Of a stretch of 64,000 nt of DNA, positions 1 to 13,136 are shown one piece after another. Location of the stretch: the NCBI RefSeq assembly GCF_009834535.1, contig NC_045697.1, positions 5,334,001 to 5,398,000 on the forward strand, written 5' to 3'. Under the pieces are notes generated by a model. It searched no databases. It had not been told where the DNA came from and saw nothing but the letters and a program-made list of their open reading frames with translations. The stretch is from Camelus ferus. Taxonomy: Eukaryota. Made by a program: the position numbers and the translations under genes. Position 1 is the first letter of the stretch, and each line of letters starts with the position of its first letter.

Positions 1-330
1 TAATTAAAGAAAACAAGATGCCCCAAGTTAAGGAATTTAGCGCTTTTCTGTGTATGAGGATGTGCAAAATCTGGGCTCACTGAAATCGTCCCTTTGACGT
101 GCACCCAGCCGTCTAGGGCCGGTGCCTGTTCTTCCCCATCCTGAGTCCCCTCAGGGGGCACCCCTGGGGGCGGCTGCAGAGGCTGGGCATCCTTTTTGTC
201 ACCATCCTAGGTTTCCTCCAGCTCACCACCGGGGTGTCGGTAGTGGCTGATGGCTTGATGGCCACAGCAGCCTTTGTTTTATCTCCCCCAGGGCTTGCCA
301 GAGGCCAGCGACTTTTCCTCCTCCATTACT
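1..330 (-). mobile_element. ERV1 LTR fragment, MER41-like (artiodactyl type), truncated by the window start
   Basis: aagttaaggaatttagcgcttttctgtgtatg...ctgggctcactgaaatc resembles artiodactyl MER41-type LTRs (recognition only). Confidence 0.55.
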
Positions 331-1554
331 TCATGCCACCCTCACACAGCCCACAAAGTGGCATAGCAATCTCTGCTGGCACCTGGCCCACGCCCCTGCC
401 CCACCCCCAGCTGGCTCTGGAGTCCCCAGATGCGTCCCTGGCTTCCTGCATCTCTGCCTAAGGATGCTCTCTGGTCCCAGGGGCGTCCTTGGCTCACACA
501 CAGGTGGGCGGGAAGTTCTGGGGCATTAGCACCCCGAGAGCAGCTCACAGTTGGTGGATAAACACTCTGGGTCCCCATCCCCATGGTGGGATGGCTCAGG
601 GCGTGTTCTTCACACTCTGCAGAGGCTCTGGGGGACCCACCCACCTTCACCCCCTTCCACGTTCTTCCTGGTCATCACCAAATAAATTACTTGAATCTAA
701 TCTGTGTTGAGGGTCAAAACATGGGGTAGCCCAGTGAAATTACTGGGCAAATTTATTACTGTCCCTATTCTATGGATGGAGCAGCCAGGTTTGGGGGCCA
801 CAGATTTGGGATCCACGTCATCGCAGAGGTGATGAGAGGGATGGAGCCGACTCTCACGCCTGTGTTGTCTCCACAGCATCACAGCAGGAAGGTTTGCCCG
901 CCTTAACCACTGCTCTTTTTAGCAACACGAACTGACTGGGGGACTCATCGCAGCTTAGTGCTGTCCTTGCTAAGTAACCACGGCAGAAAGAGATAATCAC
1001 TGTGTACGAATCCACAGTCCCTTGGAGGCCACAGAGCCCCTGCCCGCCCAGCAACTCCTCTGAGCCTCACACCGCCCTGTGAGAGGGGCAGGGGTACTTC
1101 TTCCCTGCCACCCTGCCCCTGGGTGCAGAGAGACCTTGGGATGCCAAGTGACCTCTCCAAAGCTGCACAGCTGGGAAGTGGCAGAGCTGGGGCTGGACCA
1201 CGAGCCCCGCCGTCCGTCATGACTGGCCCTCTCAGGGGCACTGGCGTGAGAGCCCGCGGCAACAGGAGTCCAAGCCCGGAGGAGATCCTACCAGGAAGAG
1301 GGAGCCCCACCCCTGAAGACTCAACGGTGATGAATGACTTTCCTCACCCTGAGTCAGTGTCAGGCAAGGAGGCCTCCTGCAACCAGCCAAGTCAGAAGGA
1401 CCAGCCCCGCTGCCGGGGGGCCAGGCCGGGTCAGATCCCATAACATGCTTGGGAGATTAGCAGGTCACAGTCGCAGCTGGCAGGGCCCCTGAGGTAGAGG
1501 GAGTCTCAGCCTCATGTGGATGCTCAGCCAGCTTTCCATGGCTGCATCTTTGGG

Positions 1555-1665
1555 TTGGTTTTTTTTTTCGGCCCTTTTCTTTTTAATGGCGATACTGAGG
1601 TTGGAACCCGGGACCTCATGCCTGCTAAGCACGCGCTCTACCACTGAGCTACACCCACCCTCCCC
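1555..1665 (-). mobile_element. tRNA-derived SINE (camelid Vic-1-like), short form
   Basis: The reverse complement reads ggggaggg..gtgtagctcagtggtagagcgcgtgcttagc...ggtcccgggttccaacc followed by an A tail. It has A and B boxes and a TSD tggctgcatc(c)tttggg at 1539 and 1666. Confidence 0.85.
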
Positions 1666-2916
1666 TGGCTGCATCCTTTGGGAAAACCTTTTCACCAAAT
1701 CTGATGAGGCCGTCCTCCCCACAAGAAGAGGTACTGTTAAATCAAGAGGAAATGGGATGCGCAGGCTTCCGGAGGGCTGGCGCTGGCAGGGTCCTTGAAA
1801 TCAGCCAAGGCCAAGGGCCAAGACTTATTCACAGATGAGGAGAATGGAGGCCCAGAGAGTGTGAGTGAGTCACCCAAGGGCCCATCCCTGTGTGGATCAG
1901 AGAAAGCCAGGACTCAGATCCACGTGTCCTGGCTCCCAGCCCACTGCCTCCTCTCTACTCATCATTTTGCATTTAAGAGGGAAAGAGTTATTTCTCATGC
2001 TTGAGTCATCCAGCCTCACAGCACGCCGATGAGGATGGCAGATAAGGGACTGTCTCCCTATTGCCTAAGAAGGGAAGCTGAAGAGAGGAAGCGGTCACTG
2101 TCAAGATCACCCAGGGACCATGAGGCCTCTCATGGCAATGAAGGATGCTGGGATGGTCGGCAGACGATGAAGAGAAAGAAGCAGAGGCTGGCGGGATGTG
2201 GGTCCCTGGAAGTTGGACTCACAGGGTCCCCAGGGCCTGGCACTTTTAGGGAGAAGAGTCTGACTTGGACAAATCAGCCACTCAGTGTTCAGGTTCTGGG
2301 GAATAAGCCCTGTCCCCATAGCCCGAGTTCTAACCTTTGGGGTATGTTTGAGTAACTTTAATAAGTGAACCCTGAAGAGTCTTAGGAGAAGATCATGAGC
2401 ACGTCCCATTGCCACCTCCTGCGGCCCCGCCGACCTCACTCTCGCGCCTCCTACAGAAGCTCACACGATGTGGACTCGAAGAGAAAAGCTGGCGAGACTG
2501 TTCTTTGCTGGTCCCGGGTTTTCAGCTGGCGTCTGAGCAGGGCTTAATTTGGATCTTCTCAGAGCTGGGGGTCTTCAGATGGAAAGTGACGCCTGACCGA
2601 GTCTGGGCGAAAGATTGGGGTGGAAGCTTTGTTCTCCTAGTGGGAGGCCAGGGTTGCCCCCGTCTCTGCAGAGTCCTTCATTTAGCCTCTCAAAAAGCAT
2701 CAGAGGGCACCCCCTACAGGCCTGCCCTGGTGGCGCAGGGGTTCTTTGTGGTGAAGCTGCTCACAGCCTGAAGGAAACCAGAGGTGGGCACAGAGCAGGG
2801 AGGTGGGGCCGTGGTGCCAGGTGTGTATCTGTCTCCATGGGGCACAGAGGAGGCTCAGCTAAGAACACCTGGGGACAGGTGAAGTCAGGGAAGGATTCTC
2901 AGAAGAGATGATCTGA

Positions 2917-3713
2917 CAAGTGATAAATGCTGGAGAAGGTATGGAGAAAAGGGAACACTCCTACACTGTTGGTGGAAATGTAGTTTGGTGCAGCCTTTAT
3001 GGAAAACGGTATGGAGATTCCTTAAAAAACTGAAAATAGACTTACCATATGATTCAGCGGTCCCACTCCTGGGGATATATCTGGAGAAAAAACTCTAATT
3101 TGAAAAGACACGTGCACCCCAATGTTCATTGCAGCACTATTTACAATAGCCAAGACCTGGAAACAACCAAAATGTCCAACAACAGATGATTGGATAAACA
3201 AGTTGGGGTATATTTACACAGTGGAATACTACTCAGCCATAAAAAGAATAAAATAATGCCTTTTGCAGCAACATGGATGGACCTGGAGATTGTAATTCTA
3301 AGTGAAGTAAGTCAGAAAGAGAAAGAAAAATACCATATGATAACACTTATATGTGGAATCTGAAAAAAGACACAAATGAGTTTATTTACAAAACACAAAC
3401 AGACTCAGACATAGAAAACAAACTTATGGTTACCGGGGGGAAAGTGGATGGGGAGGGATAAATCGGGAGTTCTAGATTTGCAGATACTAACTAATACATA
3501 TAAAACAGATAAACAAGTTTCTTCTATATAGCACAGGGAACTATATTCAATATCTTATTAGTCTATAATGAAAAAGAATATGAAAAGGAATATATGTATG
3601 TACATGTCTGACTGAAACATGATGCTGTACACCAGAAGTTGACACGACATTGTAAACTGACTATACTTCAATAGAAAAAATTTAAAAATTAAAAAAATAA
3701 ATAAAATTTTAAA
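2917..3713 (+). mobile_element. 5'-truncated LINE-1 (ORF2 C-terminus + 3' UTR + A tail)
   Basis: Typical L1 3' sequence (aaatgctggagaaggtatggagaaaagggaac...gcagcaacatggatggacctggag...ctatacttcaata + A-rich tail); 16-bp TSD agaagag(a/g)tgat(c/t)tga at 2901-2916 and 3714-3729. Confidence 0.93.
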
Positions 3714-6382
3714 AGAAGAGGTGATTTGAGCTGCAGAGTGTCACATGCCTGTGTTGGTGGAGGCCAAAATCTCAATCTGCCATCTGTACCACAAGACAAA
3801 GGAGCAGACCCGGGAGGAAGGCAGGGACGCATCTGAAGGGAACGAGGTCAGTGAAAGCACAGAGGTGTGCTTGATGGGCAGTGCCGACGGTCCCTTCCAG
3901 AGCCGAGAATGTCCCAGAGCACTAGAACTGAGAATCTTCTAGAATTTTGGTACCTAGAATGTTCTAGAATCCTGGGGCCTGGAATTTTCTGGAGTTCTAG
4001 AGCCCAAGTGTTGGGGAAAGCATGGTGAGAGAGGGCAGCACGGACCAAGCTTTTTGAGGAACTTGGGTGTCCTCACACTGTGGCCGGTGGGAATGGGGTG
4101 GCAGAGGAGGAGGGCATGGATGGGGAGGCTGAGGCAAGTACCAGCGTTCCAGGGTGCATCATCTGTGCTGTTCTGGGGTCTCCCCATCCCTGTTCTCACT
4201 CTGTCCTCCCATGGGCCTGGGAAGTGGGTCCCACCATTATCCCCTCTTCTATGGAGAAGTCTATCCATGCACCCAGGGCTTGGAGCTGGCCGCCCGGAGC
4301 CCACAGCTGGAGATGGACCTGGTGCCTGGCAGGTTCTCCCCTCAGGCCGACCCCACCCTGCAGCCCAGTTTCAACCTGGCCCTGAACAGACACATTCCTC
4401 CCTGCTTCCCAAACTCCCATCAGCATCTGACAACAGCAACAAGGAAAAGGCCCAGAGGATCTGATGCAGGCTGCGAGGGATGCCAAGTTCTTAATGTTAC
4501 CCAGCTGTGCGGAGGGGGCCTGGCCCGGGCAGCCAGAGGCGCCATGATTCTGACGGGCCGGCGGGGCCAAGTGAGTCAGGGCCCCAGCCGCTGAGCAGCA
4601 CATTTGACCAGGAGCTCCCTGCGGGCAAGGAGCGAACTTCCTGGATGCCTGACCTGCAGCGGGTGCTGGGACAGGCTCGGTAGGTGCTGTCTCTTCCACA
4701 CTCTAGTGCCTTTTATTCTCAGCCCCCTTTCTTTGAGTGCAGGTTCTTTCTGCCTCTGAGAGCTTCGCATCCCGGGCCCCCGCGGGTCCTCTCTGGACAG
4801 CTCTGAGCAGCAGTTGACAGGCACAACCTTGTCCAAGAACTCAATGTTGCTTCCAATGAGGTAAATCCAGGCAAAGCTGCTCAGGGAGTTGGATCCTCAA
4901 AGATGTCCATATCCCAGAAACTCTGGGACACCAGGGCCTGGAGAAGGAGGCCGTCCTCTTTAGCAAGACAGGCTCCCGAGAGCCTCCAAGGTAATCAGAT
5001 GAAGGGAGCACATCTGAGCCCCCCCCCCACATCCTTTCCTTCAGTGTCACTGGTCTCCTGGCCCCCAGGACGTTTTGCACAGGGAGCAGGCAGACGTGTG
5101 CCAGGGGACAAAGGGGGAACATTATCCCAGTCCAGACATTAGACCCAAGATGGCCTCTTCTCAGCTCCAGAGAGCCACCCTGTCCATTGGGGCTCCAGGG
5201 CACTGATCTCGTGTGGCCCTCAGTCCCCCAGGGGGTCCCCAGGCTGAGGGGCTCAGAGGCGCAGGGAAGCTTATGAGGATGGGGGCAGTGAGAGCCCAGA
5301 ATCCCTGAGAGTGGAGAAGCTGACACTTAGCAGTTGGCTCCCAGGGGTGAGGTTGGGGACGTGGACCAGGGAGAGGTGTGTGCGGAAGTGGGCGGGCCTG
5401 CAGCGGTGGTAGGACTTGGAAGCTTCTGTCACAGAGGTGGGAGCAGAGGGTGTTTAGACTCCGGGACAGGGCTGGAGGCATGATGCGGCTACAAATCCAG
5501 CTCCAAGGCAGCCCCCGGAGAGACCCCTCATGTCAGCCCAGAGCCCCTTCTTCCCTCTCCAGTCACATGCCCCGGTCTCATGGGTGGGAGTGGGAGCTCC
5601 CACCTGTCTAGTGCCCGACCTCCTAGACCAAAGTGACATGTCCAGGGGGAGCTGAGCCGGCCACGGTCCTTCGCCAGGACTTATCGGGGGAGTGGGAGGA
5701 GAGACCCTTTCCTCCTGGATCTCAGTGCCCCGGGGCTGCGTCTCCCCTGGGGACCGCAGTGGAAGGAAACAGACATGCAAGAGGCCCGCAGACAGACACC
5801 CTGGAGTGTCTGGCTGTGACTGTCCCTTCCCGCCACTTGCCTGTGCTGATGCCTTGAGCCAACAATGTTCCTTTTGGACTTAATGAAACTAGTTAAGTTT
5901 TGGTTTCTGGCAAACCTGCAACCAAAACACAGTCTCACACACAACAACCAGCCTGGATCCAGTTCCTGAAAGGACGTGACATTGTCGGTCTTCCCCGAGG
6001 CACCTCTTGGACCTAGCACTGACCCCCACCCCAGCACGGACCTCGCACATGGTGGTCCGCCTGCCTGCTTGTCTTTCTCTGCCCCCACCTGCCACCCCCA
6101 AGATGGTAACCATCGGAGGGGGAACGTTTGTTGTGTTTACTAATTAATCCCGGTTTTGTGGCCCATGTTGGCCCAACCCAGTAGGGAACTCGGCTTCAGG
6201 GATTCCAGAAGGTGGCAACGATCAAAATCAGGGGGCTGGCAGCCTCTGGTTCAGTTCTGAGTAGATGCGAGGCCAGAGGGTAGGGCAGGACTGACGGCAG
6301 GGAGTGGACATGTGGTGACAGGTGAGGATCAGACAGGTGAGGGGCAGGCCCCCACCCAGCAAGAGGCAAATACGCGGATGTC

Positions 6383-6660
6383 TATTCATTCATTTAACAA
6401 ATGTTTTCGTGGGCTTACTAGATGCAGGGATGGTTGTGGACACGAAGGTACAGTGTGGAATGAGACAGGTGCAGTCCTCCATCACAACGTTTACGTTATG
6501 ATGAGGAGGGGGACGGACAGTGAAAAAAGTAAGCAAATCAACCTATCCTGTGACAAGGGGTGGCAAGAGTTTTGAAGACAAATGATGCTGCGCAGGAGGT
6601 GGGTTTTAGTTGGAAGGGTTAGGGTGGCTCTCTGGGTAGGGGCGACACTTGAGCACGTGG
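6383..6660 (-). mobile_element. LINE-2 3' fragment
   Basis: Starts attcattcatttaacaaatgttt, followed by L2-like sequence. Confidence 0.6.
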
Positions 6661-8289
6661 TAGAGAGGGTGGAGGGTGGGACTCTAGCCTTTCACCCGTG
6701 CCAGGTAGGCTGAGGTAGGCTGCCCTGTCTCCCCGGGACAGACAGAGGAGCTGATGGCCAGGGGAGGAGAGCCCAGGGTCCTGTAGCTTGTGTGGAGAGA
6801 AACAGGATCCAAACTCAAGCTCACCTAACTTTAAAATGCACGTTCCTTCAAAGCAAATCTCAGGCCCCAGAGATGCAGGTCAGTGGACCAGGCTCACAGA
6901 GCAGGGGCAGGAGGTAGATCTGTGGGCAAGCAGACATCAAGGGGCACTCAGGCCCCTCGCTGTCTAATCACTAGGAACGAGCCTGGGGGTCCCGTCTTGT
7001 AGGAGCAGAGGAAGCCCCCGCTCTGCCGGGGGGCAGCGGGCTCACCAGCAGCCTCTGTCGACAGTGATGCGTCTGCATGGAGCAGGGATCAGCCATCAGA
7101 AGTGCCAGGAGTCCTGGCTCTCTGGGGACCCAGAACCTGTGTTGGGCGAGAAAGCACTGTTCCCTGCCCCCACTGCGGGAGCACGCACGGGAGGTGAGAG
7201 CTACTGTTCCACCTTGAAGTGCAAATCGGGGAGAGGCGAGCTTCCAGAGCTGAGTAGGGGTATCTCAGTTTTGGTCAAGAAGACCTGTCCAAGAGGTCAA
7301 GGAGATCTTGGAATGGGGTGGCCAGCGGGGAGGCCCTGATCCTGCCTCTGCAGGCAGCAGACTCCAGAGTGAAGCTAAGATAACTGACGGAAGTCTCTCG
7401 ATGCCTGGGTTGAGAATGCCTGGTGTGGACAGCCGCCCACTCCAGGGACAGGCAGGGGCGGCAGCATCTGAGAACCCGGAAGTGTTGTCACAGCTGCCCG
7501 AGGACCTGGGCGCACCTCCCTGTGGCCCCTGTCTTTCAGTGAACTGACAGGGGACAGCCGTGCTGCCAACTTAGTGACGCCAGGAAGCTGAAATTGGCAG
7601 CCCCTCCCCACATCCAGTGGACCCGGTCACTGGGGAGACACTGGCAGTAAAACCCTGGGTAGACAGGTGGGGGTCAAGTCCCAGGACAGCCCCAGACCCC
7701 CTGCACACCCAGGTGGCAAATCATTTCTGAGCCGCCCCCTTTCTTCCAGAAACAGAGGGATCATACGGACCCTGGTAGGGCTGTCCAGAGCTGACAGGGG
7801 CCACTGGCTGGGAGACACCTGAGTGAAGGGAGGAATCTTCACTGTTAAACACCCGGACATGGAGCCCAGACGCCCGCAGCTCTCTCTGCACCTGGTGGGC
7901 TGGCTTCTCCTCCCGCTGGATGTCTGGGACATGCTGACCTGACTTGAAATGTGATTCTCTGGCATGGACTCAGAGAAAGGTGGGTCCGCAAGAGTCCCCA
8001 GACCCGGATTGGACAGCAGCGTGTGCCTTGAAAGAACACCCAACTGGGGCTGGGGACCTGCACGCTGGGCCAGGCTCTGGCGACCTTGAGGAAGTTGCTT
8101 CTCCTCGCTGGCTCTGGTCCCCTCACCTTTCCTGTGGCCTCGTGACAGGCTTCAAGGCCCAGGCAGTGACATCAGGGATGAAGACGAGGTGTAAGACGAG
8201 GCAGTCAGGCTGGCGAGCAAATCACCTTGATGCCGAGGGGAAGGTGGCTCTGCTCCGGCCTCTCCCTGCCAAGAAGAAATGTGGGGCCA

Positions 8290-8460
8290 GCAGTACGGAG
8301 AGTTTTTCCAAAGAAGCTTGAAATTCAGGTTTTTATGTGATAGCTCCAAATTTTAAACATTGGCAACAAAGGCTTTTTTAAAAAAAACGAAAACACTGTA
8401 TGGCTCAAACCAGACATATGTTTAGGGGTTGACCCAGAGGCTGCATCTTTTGGGGGCCTG
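8290..8460 (+). mobile_element. hAT-Charlie fragment, MER102-like
   Basis: gaagcttgaaattcaggtttttatgtgatagctccaaattttaaacattggcaac...aaaacactgt. Confidence 0.55.
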
Positions 8461-9859
8461 TGCATCCTGGCTTCTCAGTGGGGTCAGCCAATGGGGGGCT
8501 CTGGCAGGGGTTGGGGCAGGGAGGGGAGAGAAAGGAAAAAGGGAGTTGACTTTCGATGACCAGGTTGCAAATTCAATCACTGCCAGGGACCAGGCAATTC
8601 CAGCAGCGGCTGATACCAGGGCAGCCCCTGGTCAACGGCTGCATCTCTCGCCGGGCTCGAATACCACTCTGTCCTCCGCTCATCTCTTTTGACCGGAAGG
8701 AGGCTATGCTTGCCGGAGGTACTACTGCTGGAAGTCTGCACATCCCAGCCTTAATGCTGCCCTCAGCTCTGTACCTGGCCCTTCATTAAAACTCACCCGA
8801 GTGGGCTTTTTTCAGTGGAATTCTGGCTATACGTAATGCTATCTTCACTTGTTAAAAGAAAAAACAAGGTACCATCTGCCAAATGATGGCGTTTCTGGAA
8901 GCCAATGGCCAGCAATCTGCAGACAGTGACTGTGGATTTCTGAGCCAGGCTTTGGCATTCCCCTCCTGCTGGGCGCACCCTCCAGCCTGGGCTAGCCCTC
9001 CCACTCGATGGGCAGGCTTGAGAGGTAGGGAGAACCGGACCCATTTTCCTGAGGTTAGCAGGCAAATCCCAGCTTGGCCACCGCTCTCTGTGTGACGGAG
9101 GGCAAGAGCCTTTACGTCTCTGGGCTATTTCCATGTCGACATAAGAGGGTTTGTCCTCGAGCCTCCATGGTTTCTAGCAGCCTCCCCTGGCCAGAGGTCA
9201 ATGGTGATTCCTACGTCTTCAGGCCAAATGAAAGTTCTTCTGCAAGCCCTCTATGACACTTTATCTTAATTAAGCATAAAAATTAGGAAATTCCAAGCTA
9301 AGCTTTCCCAAATCATGTGGGTAGAAGAAATGTTTAAATCTCCTTTCTTGGCTGAGTCTTTGCAAGGCAAGCGTTTCCAAATGTTTGGCGCAGTCCCCCT
9401 GCCTGAGCCTCCCCCTCACTGCCTGTCCTCAGGAGGAAGGCTCCAAAGATAAGGGGGGAGGGCCAGACCTCCACCAACCAGGAGGCTGCCCAGCTGACCG
9501 TGGATGACCCATTGGCTGGGTCTCCCCAACACCTGGATGACTGACCGTGATTCTGGACTTCCATTGCACCAGATGTGTTTGGCAGCTGCCCACAGTCAGG
9601 GGGTTGGGGTTTGGAAAACTGGAGATCTGCGAACAAAAGCAAGAGTGAGAAGGGTGAGGCCTGGTTAGAAAAGATTGAAATGCATCCTGGTTCCCTTCCA
9701 GCCAAAAGAACAGGCTGTTCCATGGTTCCCAGGGACTACGGAAGAGAGAGAACGTAGGGCCTGGTGTTCGATGGAGGCCGCTTGGCCGCCATTTTGTAAG
9801 ACCAGGCCTGCTCACCTAGAGGGCAGAACCTGAGCAGGGCTGGTGCAGGGGGAAGACCA

Positions 9860-10005
9860 CAGCTCTGGGGTCAGACCGCCCTGGGTTTGGAACCCAAGCC
9901 TGTCACTTAGGAGTTGGGTGACTTGGGCAAGTTACTTAGTCCTCTTGGTTCCTACTGCAAATGGAGACAATACTACTTGGCTCACAGAGCTGGTGGGAAA
10001 GTTAA
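9860..10005 (+). mobile_element. MIR SINE
   Basis: ctgggttt...gtgacttgggcaagttactt...ctgcaaatggagacaatac. Confidence 0.75.
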
Positions 10006-11339
10006 CAAAGATCAGCTTGGATGACTGTGCAGATGGACAGGTCGCCTGTACCTCATTGGCCACGTGTAACAGAACCCAGAGCCCACCGCTCAGTAGTCTC
10101 AGAAGCCCAGCAGAGAGGAGAACAGCGAAGTATTGATGGAGGAATTCCTGGTGACTTAGAGTCTGCCCATTCTCCAAAACACTCGGCCTTCTAGCCCATC
10201 CCGTCCCCGCCCACTGAAGGTGCTCCTGCGTTTTCATCCGGTGTGGTGCCAGACGCCTGCACGCAGGATGCTGTAGGGACCAGCCACCTCGGTTACTGTG
10301 AGGGTGTTGCTGAGGACACGGGTCTCTGCCTCCCACTGTGCTAGCCTTCTGAAGCCCTGTGGGACCAGGAAGAGTTGCGTCACTCTCAGTCCAGTACCAG
10401 CTTATTAGCAACTGGTTTAGTTTCTCCTTGTGGGCACCCAGCATCATGTGCCCGGCCACGTGTCTCTCTGCCCTGGATGCTGGTTGGCCAGAGCCGAACC
10501 TATGACCCACCTCTGCCAAGTCTCCTGAACCTCGCTGTCCACACGGTGGACCAATTTCACCTTGCTTGCCTTGAATTTTTTCCTGCCTTCATTTCCTCTT
10601 TGACCTGATTGTTTTTCCTCAGCTTTCTCTTTGACCAACTTGGATTTTGAGTATTTGTAAGCCACTCTAGATCCTTGAGGGACAGTCGGAGATGGATTGT
10701 TAGACACTAACTAGACAGGAGGTGGATAGAGAAATCAACACGGCACATGCCACACGGCATGGCGGTACCCAGTGTGTGCAAACAAACATCGCTCCCTGCC
10801 CTTTCCTTTATGTGATGCAAGCCACACTGACACTGGCAGATGAGGGCCAAAAATGGCTTTTTTTCCACAGACCAAGGATCTGGTACACTTTTAGGGGTGT
10901 CCTGCTCATGGCTGTGGACCTGGGCTTCCTTGATTTCACCCAGTGTCATCCTGAGATGTCCCGGTGGATGTCGTGTGAGCTCGGGCACTGTCTTATCCAT
11001 GCCTCCCTTCTCTTAGGTGACGTTTCGTCCATCAGCAAGTGTCCTTGAACCTCCACATGGATGATCATCTGCTCTGTGTCTGGTTTTACTCTCTGCACAG
11101 AGCAGTGGCGAGGGGGCCACCCAGGGGAATGTGGGAGTTTGCAGGCAGCTGAGGCCAGGCCTGATGTGGAAACCCCACCTCTGTGGACTCATGGGGAGAG
11201 TATGTGGAACCAACTGAGCATCCCTGGGGGAACCCCCTACCCCAGCCCATCTCCTCTCCTGTCACACCGACTGCTTCCCAGTTTTGGGGGAGGGGGGACT
11301 GGGCATGTTGGAAGGATCCCAGCTAGCAGGGACACTCTT

Positions 11340-11500
11340 CAGTAAACATTTACTGAGCACCTACTATGTGCCAGGGCACTAGGGAGTGAGCACTGAACAA
11401 GACAGGTCCAGGTCCTGCCCTCATGGAGCTTACACTCCAAGTGTGTGTGGAGGGTCAGGGGGAATAGGAAGCGAGAAACAAATAAATACCTAAGCTAGAA
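11340..11500 (-). mobile_element. LINE-2 3' fragment
   Basis: aaacatttactgagcacctactatgtgccaggg...aacaagacagg...cctgccctcatggagcttacactc. Confidence 0.8.
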
Positions 11501-12700
11501 AACGATGGTTCTAAGGGTGATGCCAGATTAAAACGGGTGGTTGAGACAGTGACCAAGCAGATGCTCCAATGTCAGAGTTGCAAGCAGAAAGGAGGCATTT
11601 CTGGAGGGATAACCGGAGAGGAGCCTCAAGATGTGGTCCAGATTGTGAAACAGAGGTCACCAGAGTGGAGGAATGACGCAGCCAGTGTGGGAGGAAGGAT
11701 CATTGGCCGGGAGGTTAAAGTTTGCAGTTTTCTGTCATCCGGAGAGGAGAAAATAGTCACTGGCCCTGTGTGAAGAGTGGAAAATGTCGAGGACATTCTG
11801 CAGTGATTTGCAGCTGCACACAATGCGCGCCCGTGAGACAGCTCCCTGGACACACCGCCCTGCCCACCCCCAAAACGACGACTTTGAGAAGCCTTCCTAC
11901 TGTGCGCACAGCCTGTCAGCTCCCCCAGCGCTGCCAAACAGCTGTCAGCTGGTAATGGAACCACATGTTTCCACGAGTCAAATTGCCCAGCCCTCTTCTT
12001 GAGTGGAAGCAACTCTTGATTTCAGCCCAGAAAGGGATGGACAGACAGGAGGTCAGGGAAGCAGGCAATTTGATCACCTGGCCGTTGTCCGTGTACAAAT
12101 AGACAAATCAACTTCTGTGGCTAACCCTCTAAGCTTGGATATATCCACATCTGTAACTCCGAAACATTCGATTACAGTTCAAGAAAACCATAGTCCACGC
12201 TAGCTTGTATTTTTCCTTGAGTGAAGGAAAAAGTGCGCATTTCAGATTGAATGATGGCCCCAAAATGGACATCTAGAGGTCGACAGAGTCAGGGAGCTCT
12301 GATGGAAGGTGCCAGGGCGTGGCTGTTCTTTCTGGCTCTTCCGATTACCAACTTCGAGACCTTAGAATAATCCCTTCACTCCTCTGGGGACAAGGAGACT
12401 CCCCCATTCTACAGTTGCTGTGTGGTTCATTCGAGTCAAAAAGATCTGAGAGTGCTCTGTAATCTGTAAAGTGCCAAGGAATAAAATCGATGTTTAGTTA
12501 ACAGCGAGACACAACTTGTGAGTCAAAATATTTTCCTTGGCCCAGCTCAATCCCCCTGGTCACTCTGTCCTATTTTCCTGGTCAACCTTTGACTGGTTTC
12601 ATTTCATTTTAGGATTTGGGGGGACCAAAGAGAAAAATGCTAGGGAAGAGGCTGATTTTAAAAGGCTAGAGAACTAAATAATATGAACTCAGAGATAAAC

Positions 12701-13136
12701 TGTAGTCGATGCTGACAGTGGTCAGCTGGACCCCATTCACCGGGTGGGCGTCCATCCCTCTTGCTACACTAATGGTGGCCGCTAGTGACTCTCAGTTGCC
12801 CCTTCCCTGGAACACTGCTGTTTGCTCTCTGGAATATATTTGAGGAGTTACACCCTGTCCTTATGCTGGCCAGGGTCTGTGTGCAGCCAATTTCTGACTA
12901 ATATGTATATACAAAGTCTCATCCACCTTGCCTCAAAATGAGACACTCCAGAACTCCCCGTGGGATCAAGCCAAGGTTAGACTTGAGCTGAATCCACATC
13001 TTTGCCAAGTTGCGTCCCTGGCTCTGGTCTGCTGCTCTCACTCTTACAGACGTCATCCGAAAATGTTCTGTCAACATGTCAGTTGCACAAGAGTCCCTAT
13101 CATGGGCTCTGATCCCAGGGAACCCAACTGAACACA
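12701..13136 (+). mobile_element. ERVL LTR, LTR16-like (5' LTR)
   Basis: TG...CA termini (tgtagtcgatgctg...gggaacccaactgaacaca) and internal ccagaactccccgtgggatc; immediately followed by a tRNA-Leu-like PBS tggtaccag at about 13139. Confidence 0.75.

Noticed and set aside
6703..6722. Small tandem duplications (also 23044-23075 and 47674-47701)
   Set aside because: Ordinary slippage events with no evident function.
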